DNA from: a virus
IMG/VR virus record: IMGVR_UViG_3300028840_003851
Strand: one strand, 5' to 3'
Length of the DNA: 64,000 nt
Shown in pieces: positions 53,901-61,671 of this stretch. Made by a program: the position numbers and the translations under genes. Positions within the stretch are counted from its first letter, which is position 1. Each line of letters opens with the position of its first letter. The notes below the pieces were generated by a model. That model did not search any database, was not told the DNA's origin, and was given only the letters and a program-made list of their open reading frames with translations.

Positions 53901-54750
53901 CCATCATCCCGGTTACCTCGGACGTTGCCAGCCCCCCTGCTACGGCTACACCTCTGATGGCCTTAGCGGCCCCCGCTTGGTTCCCCATCCCAAACACGCC
54001 AGAGGAGCGCATCCCCTGCATCATCTTCTGCGCTTCCTCTAGAGAGGTTCCCATGTCCTCTGCGATGGTCTTAAGGGTTGAGACCATCTGCTTGAACTTG
54101 TCCCTGAACTCCTTGGCGTCGCGAACCCCCTGGCTCATCCCCATGCGACCCATGTTCGCAGCTAAGCGCCCCAGCTCCTCGAATCCGACCATCTGCCCCA
54201 TAGAGCCCTGCTGGGTGGACATGTCGCGCATGGTCCTACCCATCTGGGACAGGTCTGTACCTGTAAACCCAGTTCCCCCGTAGTTGTTCGGCATGTTCCC
54301 GTAGGCACTTCGCATCATCATGCTCAGCTGCTGTTGCTGCTGCATTCCCGTCATGATGTGCCCGCCAGCGTAGCTAGCCCCCGCGTACAGCCCGGCCACA
54401 GGGAGCGCCGCTGCCGCGCCAGCTCCTAGACCTACAGCTCCTGCCCCTAGCAGGCTCGCACCGCCAGAGTACGCTGCCATTCCTGTTGAAGCAGCGACAC
54501 CCATGCCAACGCCTAGAGGGTCCAGACCAGCCATCCCCAGACCTGCTCTGGCCATCGGAGCGAAGCTGGCTGCAGTGTTCGTCATCCCTCCAAAGGCAGC
54601 CTCTCCGGCAGACATGCTCGTACCCCCGTACGAGCCACCGTAGGTAGGGTGTCCTCCTCCTACCGCTGCTGCCATCTGCTGGTTCTGTAGGTACATAGAG
54701 TTGTACCCACCGTTCATCTGCGCAATCTGCGCGCTGGTCATCGGACACAT
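50977..54750 (-). CDS. Tape measure protein (1257 aa)
   Basis: Long G/A/M/Q-rich helical protein with a hydrophobic segment and C-terminal coiled coil, upstream of hub genes. Confidence 0.75.
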   Translation of the reverse strand: MCPMTSAQIAQMNGGYNSMYLQNQQMAAAVGGGHPTYGGSYGGTSMSAGEAAFGGMTNTAASFAPMARAGLGMAGLDPLGVGMGVAASTGMAAYSGGASLLGAGAVGLGAGAAAALPVAGLYAGASYAGGHIMTGMQQQQQLSMMMRSAYGNMPNNYGGTGFTGTDLSQMGRTMRDMSTQQGSMGQMVGFEELGRLAANMGRMGMSQGVRDAKEFRDKFKQMVSTLKTIAEDMGTSLEEAQKMMQGMRSSGVFGMGNQAGAAKAIRGVAVAGGLATSEVTGMMGVGSQISRMIGGRGGSGAVAGMQAISTIGTAQQMGILSEEDIYNVTGLTGAEGRRAMATQQLQTSARFLQSSMGRRIVAAMAGSGGRLDEESVQAFMAGGVGTGETMQMAGRNLSRVGRANFIRNEKRLRGEIMGRFGGLMPAIAMRGWLGQRGIDPDSDRAMIFAQRRLGMGTDEAEQLMKMVKNLPSIMQERRYATENAEMRAATARHREHTGIRGIKHKLREAEAKVSAALEQYGADLTSSISDSIDRLINRATGDMVSFQEKDIMKLYDKGMRGDKRIMQEYFGIGGMAGDMGAYKDAERRFATEYTGRGAFGAVGGALGRVEQMFFGKGRARARQSQEAAVSMTSNLLRGGQGLGLGPIAGTTLLAGQGSADDILRAQAFGGLGGRTAAERLSRFGRFMKGREGEGWGDVRMGWGMADDAGKSRIMGRVLQGAGRLQGEVGVAGALGADTNLMNVPEGIFATAREREEAMGQFLMKGAGVTQRDVFGEPGSQGGLMGTLDKYADKAMGALPWVAGALMPPVGMAMGAFNESIKGTEISNRAALIGKTLDTKEMRDLNARLLSKDSDRRVEAVQENLKKMASLRQMMDAGKLKGADLKQAQSELFVRGTADVASRVATLFEDSGGGEGFDAGLDKLVEEQNASLPPGAPKVTKQQLLATAAAHGGLQQHKVKERVRQAALQASARARKSFDKAGRLYGMVERTEGGDLKLTGLDEKALAAMGEKGQNFLKYMFRATEAERQMSGVSGMEERDQRLMEEAGFSRSDARGELFSMSLEESKAVAGKLRAGGAHGLADYVAQTGKTKDRLHKSRDIQGTVAKMLGGEIDAATRRKAAIAGYGKMEKQGEGSQLITAKGILKSMGLEGGDVSDATMKQMVKTLQASGVMRTAEGDKAKETQELMKEMDRTKELISKDIQEKKLKEDEANNPLMAKMVSSLSMIESSTQETTDAVRASANQISAAVEKSKDGEEK

Positions 54751-54864
54751 ACAGGAAGCTCTCCAGTGTTTGTCTACCTAGGGGGCGCTTAGCACATATT
54801 AGCACTGTAGAGCTCTGTAGAGCGGAGCACGTGAAAATAGCGCCTGTAATCGCGTAAAAGAGCG

Positions 54865-55176
54865 GTGGAGAAGAACATCATGCTCAACGCAGCAGTGGTA
54901 TTCTGCGCTTGGGGCCTTGTGAACCAGGGTCTCGAGCTGTACGCAGCTCACCTAAGGAAGAAGGTTAAAGCTAGAAGAGCTGAGCTTCTTCCTCAGGAGA
55001 GCGAGGAGCTAGAGCAGTGGGGTGCGGATGTGCGGGCCAATGGTGGCCAGCCCATCAACACTCCACCAGGTTTATGGGATAGCAGAGAGCTAATCCCGAT
55101 TCTGAGAGAGCACGGTGGCGCATGGAAGAGAGCCACCAAAAGAGCGCAGGTAGCTGCGCAGTTAAAAAGGAGATAG
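54865..55176 (+). CDS. Hypothetical protein with a hydrophobic N-terminus
   Basis: First gene of a three-gene plus-strand island. Confidence 0.6.
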   Translation: MEKNIMLNAAVVFCAWGLVNQGLELYAAHLRKKVKARRAELLPQESEELEQWGADVRANGGQPINTPPGLWDSRELIPILREHGGAWKRATKRAQVAAQLKRR

Positions 55177-55178
55177 TC

Positions 55179-55544
55179 ATGGAAGAGCTCGACACCACCA
55201 CCGACACCACCACCGACACCGACACCATCACCGACACCATCACCACCGACACCACGGCAGCGTTTGAGGGAGTCAAAATGTCAAAGGCGGAACTAAAAGA
55301 CGCGGTGTACGAAGGAGCGTACACTGCCGCCCGGGATGTAACCCGGGAAAGGTTAGAGGACCCCTCCTTCCTAGAGGAGTATGGGTTCGCGAAGAGCGAC
55401 ATAGGGGCGGGAATCAAGATTGTCGCGACTACAGCCGCTATCGCGGCTGTAACAGTTGCGGCCGTCCACGTGGGGCGTAAGCTCCTGTCGTCGGGGGACA
55501 GTACCCCCGTCCCAGAAGCTCCGGACCCAGATGTGAGCTTCTAG
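55179..55544 (+). CDS. Protein with a D/T tandem-repeat N-terminus and a C-terminal TM
   Basis: SD AAGGAG before ATG 55179; TM ATTAAIAAVTVAAVHVG. Confidence 0.7.
   Translation: MEELDTTTDTTTDTDTITDTITTDTTAAFEGVKMSKAELKDAVYEGAYTAARDVTRERLEDPSFLEEYGFAKSDIGAGIKIVATTAAIAAVTVAAVHVGRKLLSSGDSTPVPEAPDPDVSF
55191..55256 (+). repeat. Coding tandem repeat of GACACC(ACC/ATC)n
   Basis: Encodes DTTTDTTTDTDTITDTITTDTT. Confidence 0.85.
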
Positions 55545-55596
55545 CGCATAGCGCTCTGTGACAGAGATGTCATAGAGCGCTTCGCTCTTTTCTCTT
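55543..55596 (+). promoter_or_regulatory. Mutually exclusive hairpins (attenuator-like) ending in a U-rich tract
   Basis: AGCGC/GCGCT (55543-55); 14-bp AGCGCTCTGTGACA-GAGA-TGTCATAGAGCGCT (55550-81); AGAGCG/CGCTCT + TTTCTCTT (55574-96). Confidence 0.5.
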
Positions 55597-55634
55597 GCAT
55601 CAAAAAGGGGGGAGACAGATATTAGAGGTGTACA

Positions 55635-55874
55635 ATGGATACAATAAGACCATACGAGAACGCCTCTGTAGCGATGGAGTCCTTTCGGGCTGCCATGTGC
55701 TTGCGGGGTCTTTCTCGAGAAGCAGAGGCGCTTAGAGGCGCGGAGGTTATGAGCACCGAGTCAGCGCACTCGGCGCTTGCAGCCATCAACTCTGTTAACG
55801 TGGAAGACGCGACCGTAAAGGCAGCGCAAGAGGACGCAAGGCGAGTGCTCACAGCAGTGCTCGCATACCAGTAG
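55635..55874 (+). CDS. Helical hypothetical protein (79 aa)
   Basis: SD GAGGT. Confidence 0.6.
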   Translation: MDTIRPYENASVAMESFRAAMCLRGLSREAEALRGAEVMSTESAHSALAAINSVNVEDATVKAAQEDARRVLTAVLAYQ

Positions 55875-55958
55875 TATCGCCAGAGACGGCACGTAGCGAG
55901 GGCACCGGCCCGGTGCCCTGGGACTCTACGTGCCAAAAGCACATCAAGATGGGCTCTT

Positions 55959-56252
55959 CTACCGATGAGGAGGAGGAAGCTGGCCATCAACGGCTCTGCT
56001 CTCCGCCTCATCCTCGTCGTCTTTTTTAGCTTCCGAAGACCGCCTGGAGACCTCTCCTATCTTATCGGCGTAGTTGAGCACCACCTGAACGCACCGCTCA
56101 CACAGGTCAGAGAACGTGACCTCACGTACAGGTGCGTCTCCTAACGAGGAGCGCAAAGCAAGAGACAAGCTGACTACCGCAGAGCTAGGGTCCTGATACT
56201 CAACCTTCTTGCACCTATCGCAGCGTACCTCAACTACCTTTCGGCGGCCCAT
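55959..56252 (-). CDS. Small Zn-binding protein (CDRC...DLCERC)
   Basis: Two CxxC pairs; a loose Lsr2-N-terminus-like pattern is possible but unverified. Confidence 0.65.
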   Translation of the reverse strand: MGRRKVVEVRCDRCKKVEYQDPSSAVVSLSLALRSSLGDAPVREVTFSDLCERCVQVVLNYADKIGEVSRRSSEAKKDDEDEAESRAVDGQLPPPHR

Positions 56253-56412
56253 CAGGACTCCCCATGTCTACCCAGATAAGGTAGGTCTTCAAGATTGCTC
56301 TCTCGGGCTTAGCTAGCTCGCTATTCCCTAGCTTCAAAAAGAAGCTCTCAAAGTCGGATATCTCCTTCTCTATCACATCCTCTGAGGGCTTAGAATCCTC
56401 GTGCGACATCAC
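56230..56412 (-). CDS. Hypothetical protein (60 aa)
   Basis: Coupled overlaps at both ends. Confidence 0.55.
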   Translation of the reverse strand: MMSHEDSKPSEDVIEKEISDFESFFLKLGNSELAKPERAILKTYLIWVDMGSPDGPPKGS

Positions 56413-56603
56413 ATCCTCGTACTTTTTATCTCAGCCCCACACATGCACATCCACACCAGCTCCCCTCTGGCATTTCTCTGGTGGTAGGCGAGCTTCTTGC
56501 AGCGAGGGCAGCGCATCTTGCGCATCTTGCCATCTCCCTTAATGACGTTGACGTTACCGACTCTCTTCTGACGACCTACCCTAGGATTCCTTACCTGTCC
56601 CAT
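56409..56603 (-). CDS. Basic Zn-ribbon protein (64 aa)
   Basis: CPRC and CMCG motifs. Confidence 0.65.
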   Translation of the reverse strand: MGQVRNPRVGRQKRVGNVNVIKGDGKMRKMRCPRCKKLAYHQRNARGELVWMCMCGAEIKSTRM

Positions 56604-57018
56604 GCTCGTGTCCTTTCTCCGCCTCAGCTAGATAGTGACCCATGTCTGCGCTCTCTAAGGCGTTACACTTAGCATAGTACCACTCTAGGTCTACGCGTAC
56701 GCCTTTCGCACCTGACGCTCCCCAATGGCTGTCTAGCCACTCTTTCACAACGTCCTCCTCAGAGGCACCATCTGAGAGCATGCTCCTTAGATGGGTGACA
56801 AGATAGGTAGGTGGTGGCCACATGCACGCCTCTCCTTTTGCGATATCGTCGCAGACCAAACGGAGTACGCGTATGTGTGCGTCGTTGAGCGTGAACCCGT
56901 CCTTGGTGACGCTCATGTTCTCGTTGAACACCTTAGCCAGCGTCTTTACCGACTCCTCCAAGCTAGCTACTCTTTCCTCTAGGTCTCTTACCTGCTGCCC
57001 TTTGCTTCCCTTTGACAT
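56581..57018 (-). CDS. Hypothetical protein (145 aa)
   Basis: SD GAGG; N-terminal coiled coil. Confidence 0.65.
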   Translation of the reverse strand: MSKGSKGQQVRDLEERVASLEESVKTLAKVFNENMSVTKDGFTLNDAHIRVLRLVCDDIAKGEACMWPPPTYLVTHLRSMLSDGASEEDVVKEWLDSHWGASGAKGVRVDLEWYYAKCNALESADMGHYLAEAEKGHEHGTGKES

Positions 57019-57286
57019 CCTCCTCTTCCTTCCTTACGAACTCGAATCTCCCCATCTCTACAACAAGGTGGGCTCTCATCTCCTCCAGCTCCTCCACGAA
57101 GCTGTAGACGTCCTCAGGGGGGACCTTCTCGTCCTCTCTAAAAACGTCCTCAGAGATGATGTGAACAGTGGGCTCTAAACCGTCTGCTCCTATGACATCT
57201 CCGCTTAGGTGAGAGATGGTGTAGTCTAGTATTGCTTTCCTGTATGCCAGGTAGGCGTATGCTGGGTTTGTGCGTTTTGAGCTCAT
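56963..57286 (-). CDS. Hypothetical protein (107 aa)
   Basis: ATGA overlap with the upstream gene. Confidence 0.65.
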   Translation of the reverse strand: MSSKRTNPAYAYLAYRKAILDYTISHLSGDVIGADGLEPTVHIISEDVFREDEKVPPEDVYSFVEELEEMRAHLVVEMGRFEFVRKEEEDVKGKQRAAGKRPRGKSS

Positions 57287-57909
57287 GCTTTCAGAAAGGC
57301 TAAGACGCGACCGTAAAGGTCCGCGCCGTTTGACGTGTCCTTTACTATATCGCTTAGCCTGTAGATACGTACAGCGCGCCCCCGCCGTACATCCCCCATG
57401 AGCTCTCCTGCTTTAGAGCTCTCTTGCTCTACCAGTGCCGCACTTCTAATGTCGTCATCTGGGTAGATAAGACGAATATCGGCGTTCATCCCCAGACATC
57501 TCACTACCTTCAGGATAGCTGTTGCCCACCCCTGTACCCCCAGCTTGTAGTACCTTCCGCTGTCCACCTCGTCGGTGTCCCATACCTTGTCACATGAAGG
57601 ACAATAGCCGTCCATCGCCCCATCAGGCATGGGCTTCCTACATCCCTCTCCCGGACACAGGTACACGGCTGTCTGTCCGCCAGCATCCTTAGCTCCATTC
57701 TTAAAGTAGCTTATGATGCCTCCAGATGGGCGCAAAAGAGAGTACCCTCTAGCGAACACCACATCTAGCAGATACTCGGCTCTTACCTCAGGAGAGCCCA
57801 GCGCAGATTCCTGCTTAACTCGGTCTAATATCAGCTCCTTCTCAGCGTCGTTTAAACCGTTTCCTAGCACCAGCTCCGCCCCAGAGCCAATCTTCAGGTC
57901 GCCCTCCAT
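57283..57909 (-). CDS. Zn-finger-containing hypothetical protein (208 aa)
   Basis: LCPGEGC and YCPSC motifs. Confidence 0.7.
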   Translation of the reverse strand: MEGDLKIGSGAELVLGNGLNDAEKELILDRVKQESALGSPEVRAEYLLDVVFARGYSLLRPSGGIISYFKNGAKDAGGQTAVYLCPGEGCRKPMPDGAMDGYCPSCDKVWDTDEVDSGRYYKLGVQGWATAILKVVRCLGMNADIRLIYPDDDIRSAALVEQESSKAGELMGDVRRGRAVRIYRLSDIVKDTSNGADLYGRVLAFLKA

Positions 57910-58409
57910 TACAGTCCCATCCTTTCCTTTCGGGTCCTTCCTATAGCTGCCTTAAGCATTGGCTGAGCCCCCTTACCCCTAGATGTGTCCGCATTGTTTC
58001 TGTCCTGCCCGGCTCCAACTAGAGGTACTGACCAAACGGCATTGCTGGCGCTCTGTGCTTGACCTGTTCTAGTAGATGGAGCACTGAGGACGATGTTTAC
58101 GATGTCGTCTACACGGCTCTCTATGCCCTCTCCCTGCAGTATTACCCTCCACGCAAATCTAAGCTCCTCACGAACGAAGTACTGCTTAGAGAGGTCTACA
58201 TCCCAATCTGAAGAGGCTTCACCAGCGAGGTACAGCGCCTGAACAACCTCAAGCCACTGCGGTACACGACTAAGCGGCTTGACCCTACCAGACAGTCTTA
58301 GACTCCCCTCTCGGACAGTCTCGTTCACAATCTCGTAGCCGCCTCTAGCGTGCAGAGCATCGTAGAGCTTCCTCCAAGGGTTATCAGGAACCTCATTCTC
58401 CTCAGCCAT
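57909..58409 (-). CDS. Hypothetical protein (166 aa)
   Basis: SD GGAG; TAATG coupling with the next gene. Confidence 0.7.
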   Translation of the reverse strand: MAEENEVPDNPWRKLYDALHARGGYEIVNETVREGSLRLSGRVKPLSRVPQWLEVVQALYLAGEASSDWDVDLSKQYFVREELRFAWRVILQGEGIESRVDDIVNIVLSAPSTRTGQAQSASNAVWSVPLVGAGQDRNNADTSRGKGAQPMLKAAIGRTRKERMGL

Positions 58410-58875
58410 CTTGCTCCTCCTTCACTCCAGGGCGGCACACCATGAACACCTTCGTTTCCCCAAAGTAGACCTCTCGGATGTCGCAGAAGTACACCTTCTT
58501 TCTCCGTACCTTAAGATGAGTCTCTCCATCCACCATCGTGTCCGTTATAGACTCGCTCATCCAGGGTATTGCGTACTCCCCTGTGATTAGCCTGCAGAAG
58601 GAGACGGGTATCGGACTACCCTTTATTACGAGCCTACCTCTCTCCTGCTTCCTAAGGTACACGCGCATGATGTCTAGGTCCGTGTCCCTGATGGTCACAA
58701 GGTCCTCGGACTCTAGGGCATCTCTAAGTAGGTCGAGCGCGTCATCAGCACTCTCGGCGTGCTCAACGGCATTCTCATCTACCTCGAGAGGGAGCCCCCA
58801 CCTTCTTATCTCTGCAAGGGTCTCTGTACCTACTAGACCTGCGCGGATAACGGCTTCAGATATCTCCTTGGTCAT
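58402..58875 (-). CDS. Hypothetical protein (157 aa)
   Basis: SD GAGG; coupled overlaps. Confidence 0.7.
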   Translation of the reverse strand: MTKEISEAVIRAGLVGTETLAEIRRWGLPLEVDENAVEHAESADDALDLLRDALESEDLVTIRDTDLDIMRVYLRKQERGRLVIKGSPIPVSFCRLITGEYAIPWMSESITDTMVDGETHLKVRRKKVYFCDIREVYFGETKVFMVCRPGVKEEQDG

Positions 58876-59438
58876 ATCACCTCTACTGATGTAACAGGTC
58901 CTACATCGATGTCCATGTACATCTTGTATGTAGCCTGTGTGTCCACAAACCCCGCATCTCTACCGTAACCGGCACATAGAAGAAGGAGGTCATCCTCGTA
59001 GGCTCTATCAAGGTAAATGGGCAAGCCGTACATAGAGTCTGACCTGCGCATGTCTACTCCGGACGTTAATCTGTACCACTCCCACAGATTAGTGTCAGCC
59101 CCACTTACAAATGCAAGCGGATGAAGATGGTCACTAGCCACTGCGGCAAACATCTGACCTATAGCCGCTGCTCCGTTACGACTAGGGTTCTGTATCTCTC
59201 TTATATCGCTGTGCTGCACAATGTAGCTAGGCTCTAGCTCTTCAAAGTTAACGCCTAGATTGTCGTCGTGCATATCATCTGGGACGTAGCACGTGTACGT
59301 TATGCGCGCTTTAGAGTCTATCAGGATGCTCTGTACGCGAGGCTTCTTCAGAATCTCTCGGATGGCGTGCATAAGCCCGCTCACTCCAGTTCTTAGAGGT
59401 ACAGATACTGTCCGCTCTACCGCGCTGTAGCTAGTCAT
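58872..59438 (-). CDS. Hypothetical protein
   Basis: Start moved to ATG 59438 (ATGA overlap with the RHH gene). Confidence 0.7.
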   Translation of the reverse strand: MTSYSAVERTVSVPLRTGVSGLMHAIREILKKPRVQSILIDSKARITYTCYVPDDMHDDNLGVNFEELEPSYIVQHSDIREIQNPSRNGAAAIGQMFAAVASDHLHPLAFVSGADTNLWEWYRLTSGVDMRRSDSMYGLPIYLDRAYEDDLLLLCAGYGRDAGFVDTQATYKMYMDIDVGPVTSVEVI

Positions 59439-59617
59439 ATCTGCACTGCCTCCGCCTGCTCTCGCTGTAGACGCTCGTTCTTCTCCCTGCTCAGTAGGTC
59501 GCGAAAGCACGCTTCAACTATGTCTGAGATAGTTACTCCGCGCTCCTTGGCGTACCTGCGCATCTCCTCCTTTAGCTTGGGGCAGATGCGCAGCTGTAAC
59601 CTATCATCCCTTGCCAT
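59435..59617 (-). CDS. Ribbon-helix-helix (CopG/Arc-like) DNA-binding protein
   Basis: RLQLRICPKLKEEMRRYAKERGVTISDIVEACFRDLL. Confidence 0.75.
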   Translation of the reverse strand: MARDDRLQLRICPKLKEEMRRYAKERGVTISDIVEACFRDLLSREKNERLQREQAEAVQI

Positions 59618-59855
59618 CCTGTATCTCTACATGCTCTAGTGCCGCAAGATACTGGTCAATCCCCTTAATGTGTGGAAACTGTTCCTGCAGCCAGGCAACT
59701 ATGCAGGTGTTAGCCTGGTCTAGTGTCTTGCCTACCAGTACCTCACCAAGCTCCTCCTGCATGCGCTCTAGAAGAGCCCTGTTCATCCCAACCCAGGACG
59801 GAAGCCACATCCAGTTTACCTCTGTCGCCTCATCTGTCTGAACTATCACTCTCAC
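59604..59855 (-). CDS. Hypothetical protein (83 aa)
   Basis: SD GGAGG; GTGA overlap. Confidence 0.65.
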   Translation of the reverse strand: MRVIVQTDEATEVNWMWLPSWVGMNRALLERMQEELGEVLVGKTLDQANTCIVAWLQEQFPHIKGIDQYLAALEHVEIQDGKG

Positions 59856-60169
59856 AACGACACCTCCACATCCGCCTCTAAGACGAACAGCACATCACTC
59901 TCCCGAATGAGGCCCTGCCCCTCGTCAAGTCTGTAGCAAAGCTCTTTGCCTTGCTTGGTTTGCAGGTTAGCCATATGAAAGGCCACCCTATCCCCTACGA
60001 ATACTCCTAAGGGCCTTCTCGAACCGGCTGCGCTCCTCATCCCTGGGCCCGCCGAGATAACACTCCCTACCCTCAAGGGTTCTCTCTCCGGGTCCGGGAT
60101 GATAATACTCCCGCTCCTCTGCTTGGCGGGCTCTAGCTTTATCAGCAGCCAATCGTGCAGCAACCTCAT
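59852..60169 (-). CDS. groES: Co-chaperonin GroES (Cpn10)
   Basis: LHDWLLIK...SGSIIIPD...GSVISAGPG...VFVGDRVAF...LIRESDVL; SD AAGGA. Confidence 0.9.
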   Translation of the reverse strand: MRLLHDWLLIKLEPAKQRSGSIIIPDPEREPLRVGSVISAGPGMRSAAGSRRPLGVFVGDRVAFHMANLQTKQGKELCYRLDEGQGLIRESDVLFVLEADVEVSL

Positions 60170-60602
60170 CGTTCTGTCCTTTGTGCGTAACGGTGTGCCC
60201 CCAACGGTTAAGTGGCTCTAGCACGTGCTTGTCGAGGTCGTCCTCGTCAACACGCACCATGAACGACCCCGTCTTGGAGGCAACCTCTAGGTAGCTAACG
60301 GTATCCCCCGGAGTAAACGTTGTAGACGCTCTATCGGATGTGCGCTCAACCTGCCTTTTGCGGTGAAAGCCTACGACCCTCATCTCAGACAGAGGATTTA
60401 CAGAACAGCGGGGGGCACCCGGTACGAGCTTCTCAAATGTAACGCGTACTGCTGCTCCCTCCTCTAAGTCGAACCCAATATCCTCAGGTTTGATGAATGG
60501 AGCACCATATCCCCTCCCATTGGTAAGAATAAGGTTGTCGCATGCGCCGCACCCGCACTTGACCCGTTTAACGGTGAACTCAGCTTCCTTCTTCATGGTC
60601 AC
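59988..60602 (-). CDS. Hypothetical protein; last 60 codons overlap groES out of frame
   Basis: Open frame with no earlier stop; N-terminal CGCGAC. Confidence 0.55.
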   Translation of the reverse strand: MTMKKEAEFTVKRVKCGCGACDNLILTNGRGYGAPFIKPEDIGFDLEEGAAVRVTFEKLVPGAPRCSVNPLSEMRVVGFHRKRQVERTSDRASTTFTPGDTVSYLEVASKTGSFMVRVDEDDLDKHVLEPLNRWGHTVTHKGQNDEVAARLAADKARARQAEEREYYHPGPGERTLEGRECYLGGPRDEERSRFEKALRSIRRG

Positions 60603-60603
60603 C

Positions 60604-60885
60604 CTAGTTCTTCTCTCTTACAGCCTTAGCGTCCAAGAGCTCCCAGTCTATTGCCCTCATATCCTCCTGAGTAGGAGACCACGGGGTGTACTGCACCTCC
60701 ACGCCAGACCCCTTGCCCTGGCACAGAAAAGGTTGCGGCTTACCGCCTCCCTTTGGCTGAATCGTAGGGTCACGAGGGAACAGCTGGGCTGTTTCTACTT
60801 GGAAGATGAAGCGCTCTCTCCATGGTGGTCTAGTAGCAACGCGACCATTGAGCACTACCTCCCTAATAGCTTCCCAGAAGAGCAT
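60604..60885 (-). CDS. Tad2/DUF2829-like protein (candidate nucleotide-signal sponge, anti-defence)
   Basis: MxFxEAI....NGRVATRPPW N-terminus and PWSPTQEDMRAIDW C-terminus match the DUF2829 pattern. Confidence 0.7.
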   Translation of the reverse strand: MLFWEAIREVVLNGRVATRPPWRERFIFQVETAQLFPRDPTIQPKGGGKPQPFLCQGKGSGVEVQYTPWSPTQEDMRAIDWELLDAKAVREKN

Positions 60886-61220
60886 CAGTCCTTACTCTCC
60901 ACGAGAATGTTCACCTTATCCTCCTTAGGAGCGGTAACCTCCTTTTGAGCGTTCAGCTTCTCCTGCACACCCTTCTTCACCCAGTCCATAAGCGTCTTAA
61001 GCTTGGTCGCCCACTGCTCCCCACCCGGGTCCTCTAAGAGCTTGTCACCGACCATCACCCCTATCTTCGTGGATGATACGTTACCTGCAGCGTCTGTGTA
61101 GGTCATCGCAATCAGCTGGATTGGTACTGCGTCTATTACTGTCTTAGGGGGACCCTTCCTCTTCTCCTCTTGGTCCCTTAGCTGCCCCGGAGGAATCCGT
61201 ACACCTTGTGCTCTTTGCAT
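60885..61220 (-). CDS. Hypothetical protein (111 aa)
   Basis: SD GGAG; TGATG coupling. Confidence 0.6.
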   Translation of the reverse strand: MQRAQGVRIPPGQLRDQEEKRKGPPKTVIDAVPIQLIAMTYTDAAGNVSSTKIGVMVGDKLLEDPGGEQWATKLKTLMDWVKKGVQEKLNAQKEVTAPKEDKVNILVESKD

Positions 61221-61671
61221 TCTTACTCTCCATGTCCTTTAAGACGCTGTCCGCATAGCTGTGAACAGCTGACATTCTGTAGACAACCGCACCGTATGTG
61301 CTAGCTCCGAGGTAGAGCGTTGTGCCGTCCTCGAGCTCAATCCTGTCTACGCAGCATCTACCTTTTCCGACACTGCGTGTGTGCACCTTGCGAATCTTTG
61401 CCCCATTCATAGCTCCGCGAACGACGGTCTCGCCGAACTCTCTCTCAGCGGGCATGCCAAGACCATGGAAGGCAGCAAACATCTCCTCAGGGTTCAGGTC
61501 TACCGCATTCTCAGGGTAATCTCCGCCCACTAGAATACGTGCCTTGGCCGCGCACCTAGGACAAGGATACCTGTCTGGGTACCAATCAGAGCCCTGTCCA
61601 AGAAGATGCTCAAGACCGTCTCCTGCAGAGCGAATAGTTAGCCCACACTTGGCGCACGTAACGACAATCAC
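61144..61671 (-). CDS. Zn-finger hypothetical protein
   Basis: CAKCG and CPRC motifs. Confidence 0.7.
   Translation of the reverse strand: MIVVTCAKCGLTIRSAGDGLEHLLGQGSDWYPDRYPCPRCAAKARILVGGDYPENAVDLNPEEMFAAFHGLGMPAEREFGETVVRGAMNGAKIRKVHTRSVGKGRCCVDRIELEDGTTLYLGASTYGAVVYRMSAVHSYADSVLKDMESKNAKSTRCTDSSGAAKGPRGEEEGSP

Noticed and set aside
19085-54750. Extracellular contractile injection system or tailocin rather than a phage
   Set aside because: The module is interleaved with tRNAs, a sigma factor, RNase HII, GroES and many small early-type genes, which fits a large lytic phage.
1138-54805. Long plus-strand ORFs antisense to structural genes (e.g. 1336-2232, 2743-3408, 19503-20036, 21801-22388, 34656-35183, 44964-45590, 53132-53716)
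   Set aside because: These are shadow frames of real minus-strand genes: S/T/P-rich, without SD or recognisable motifs.
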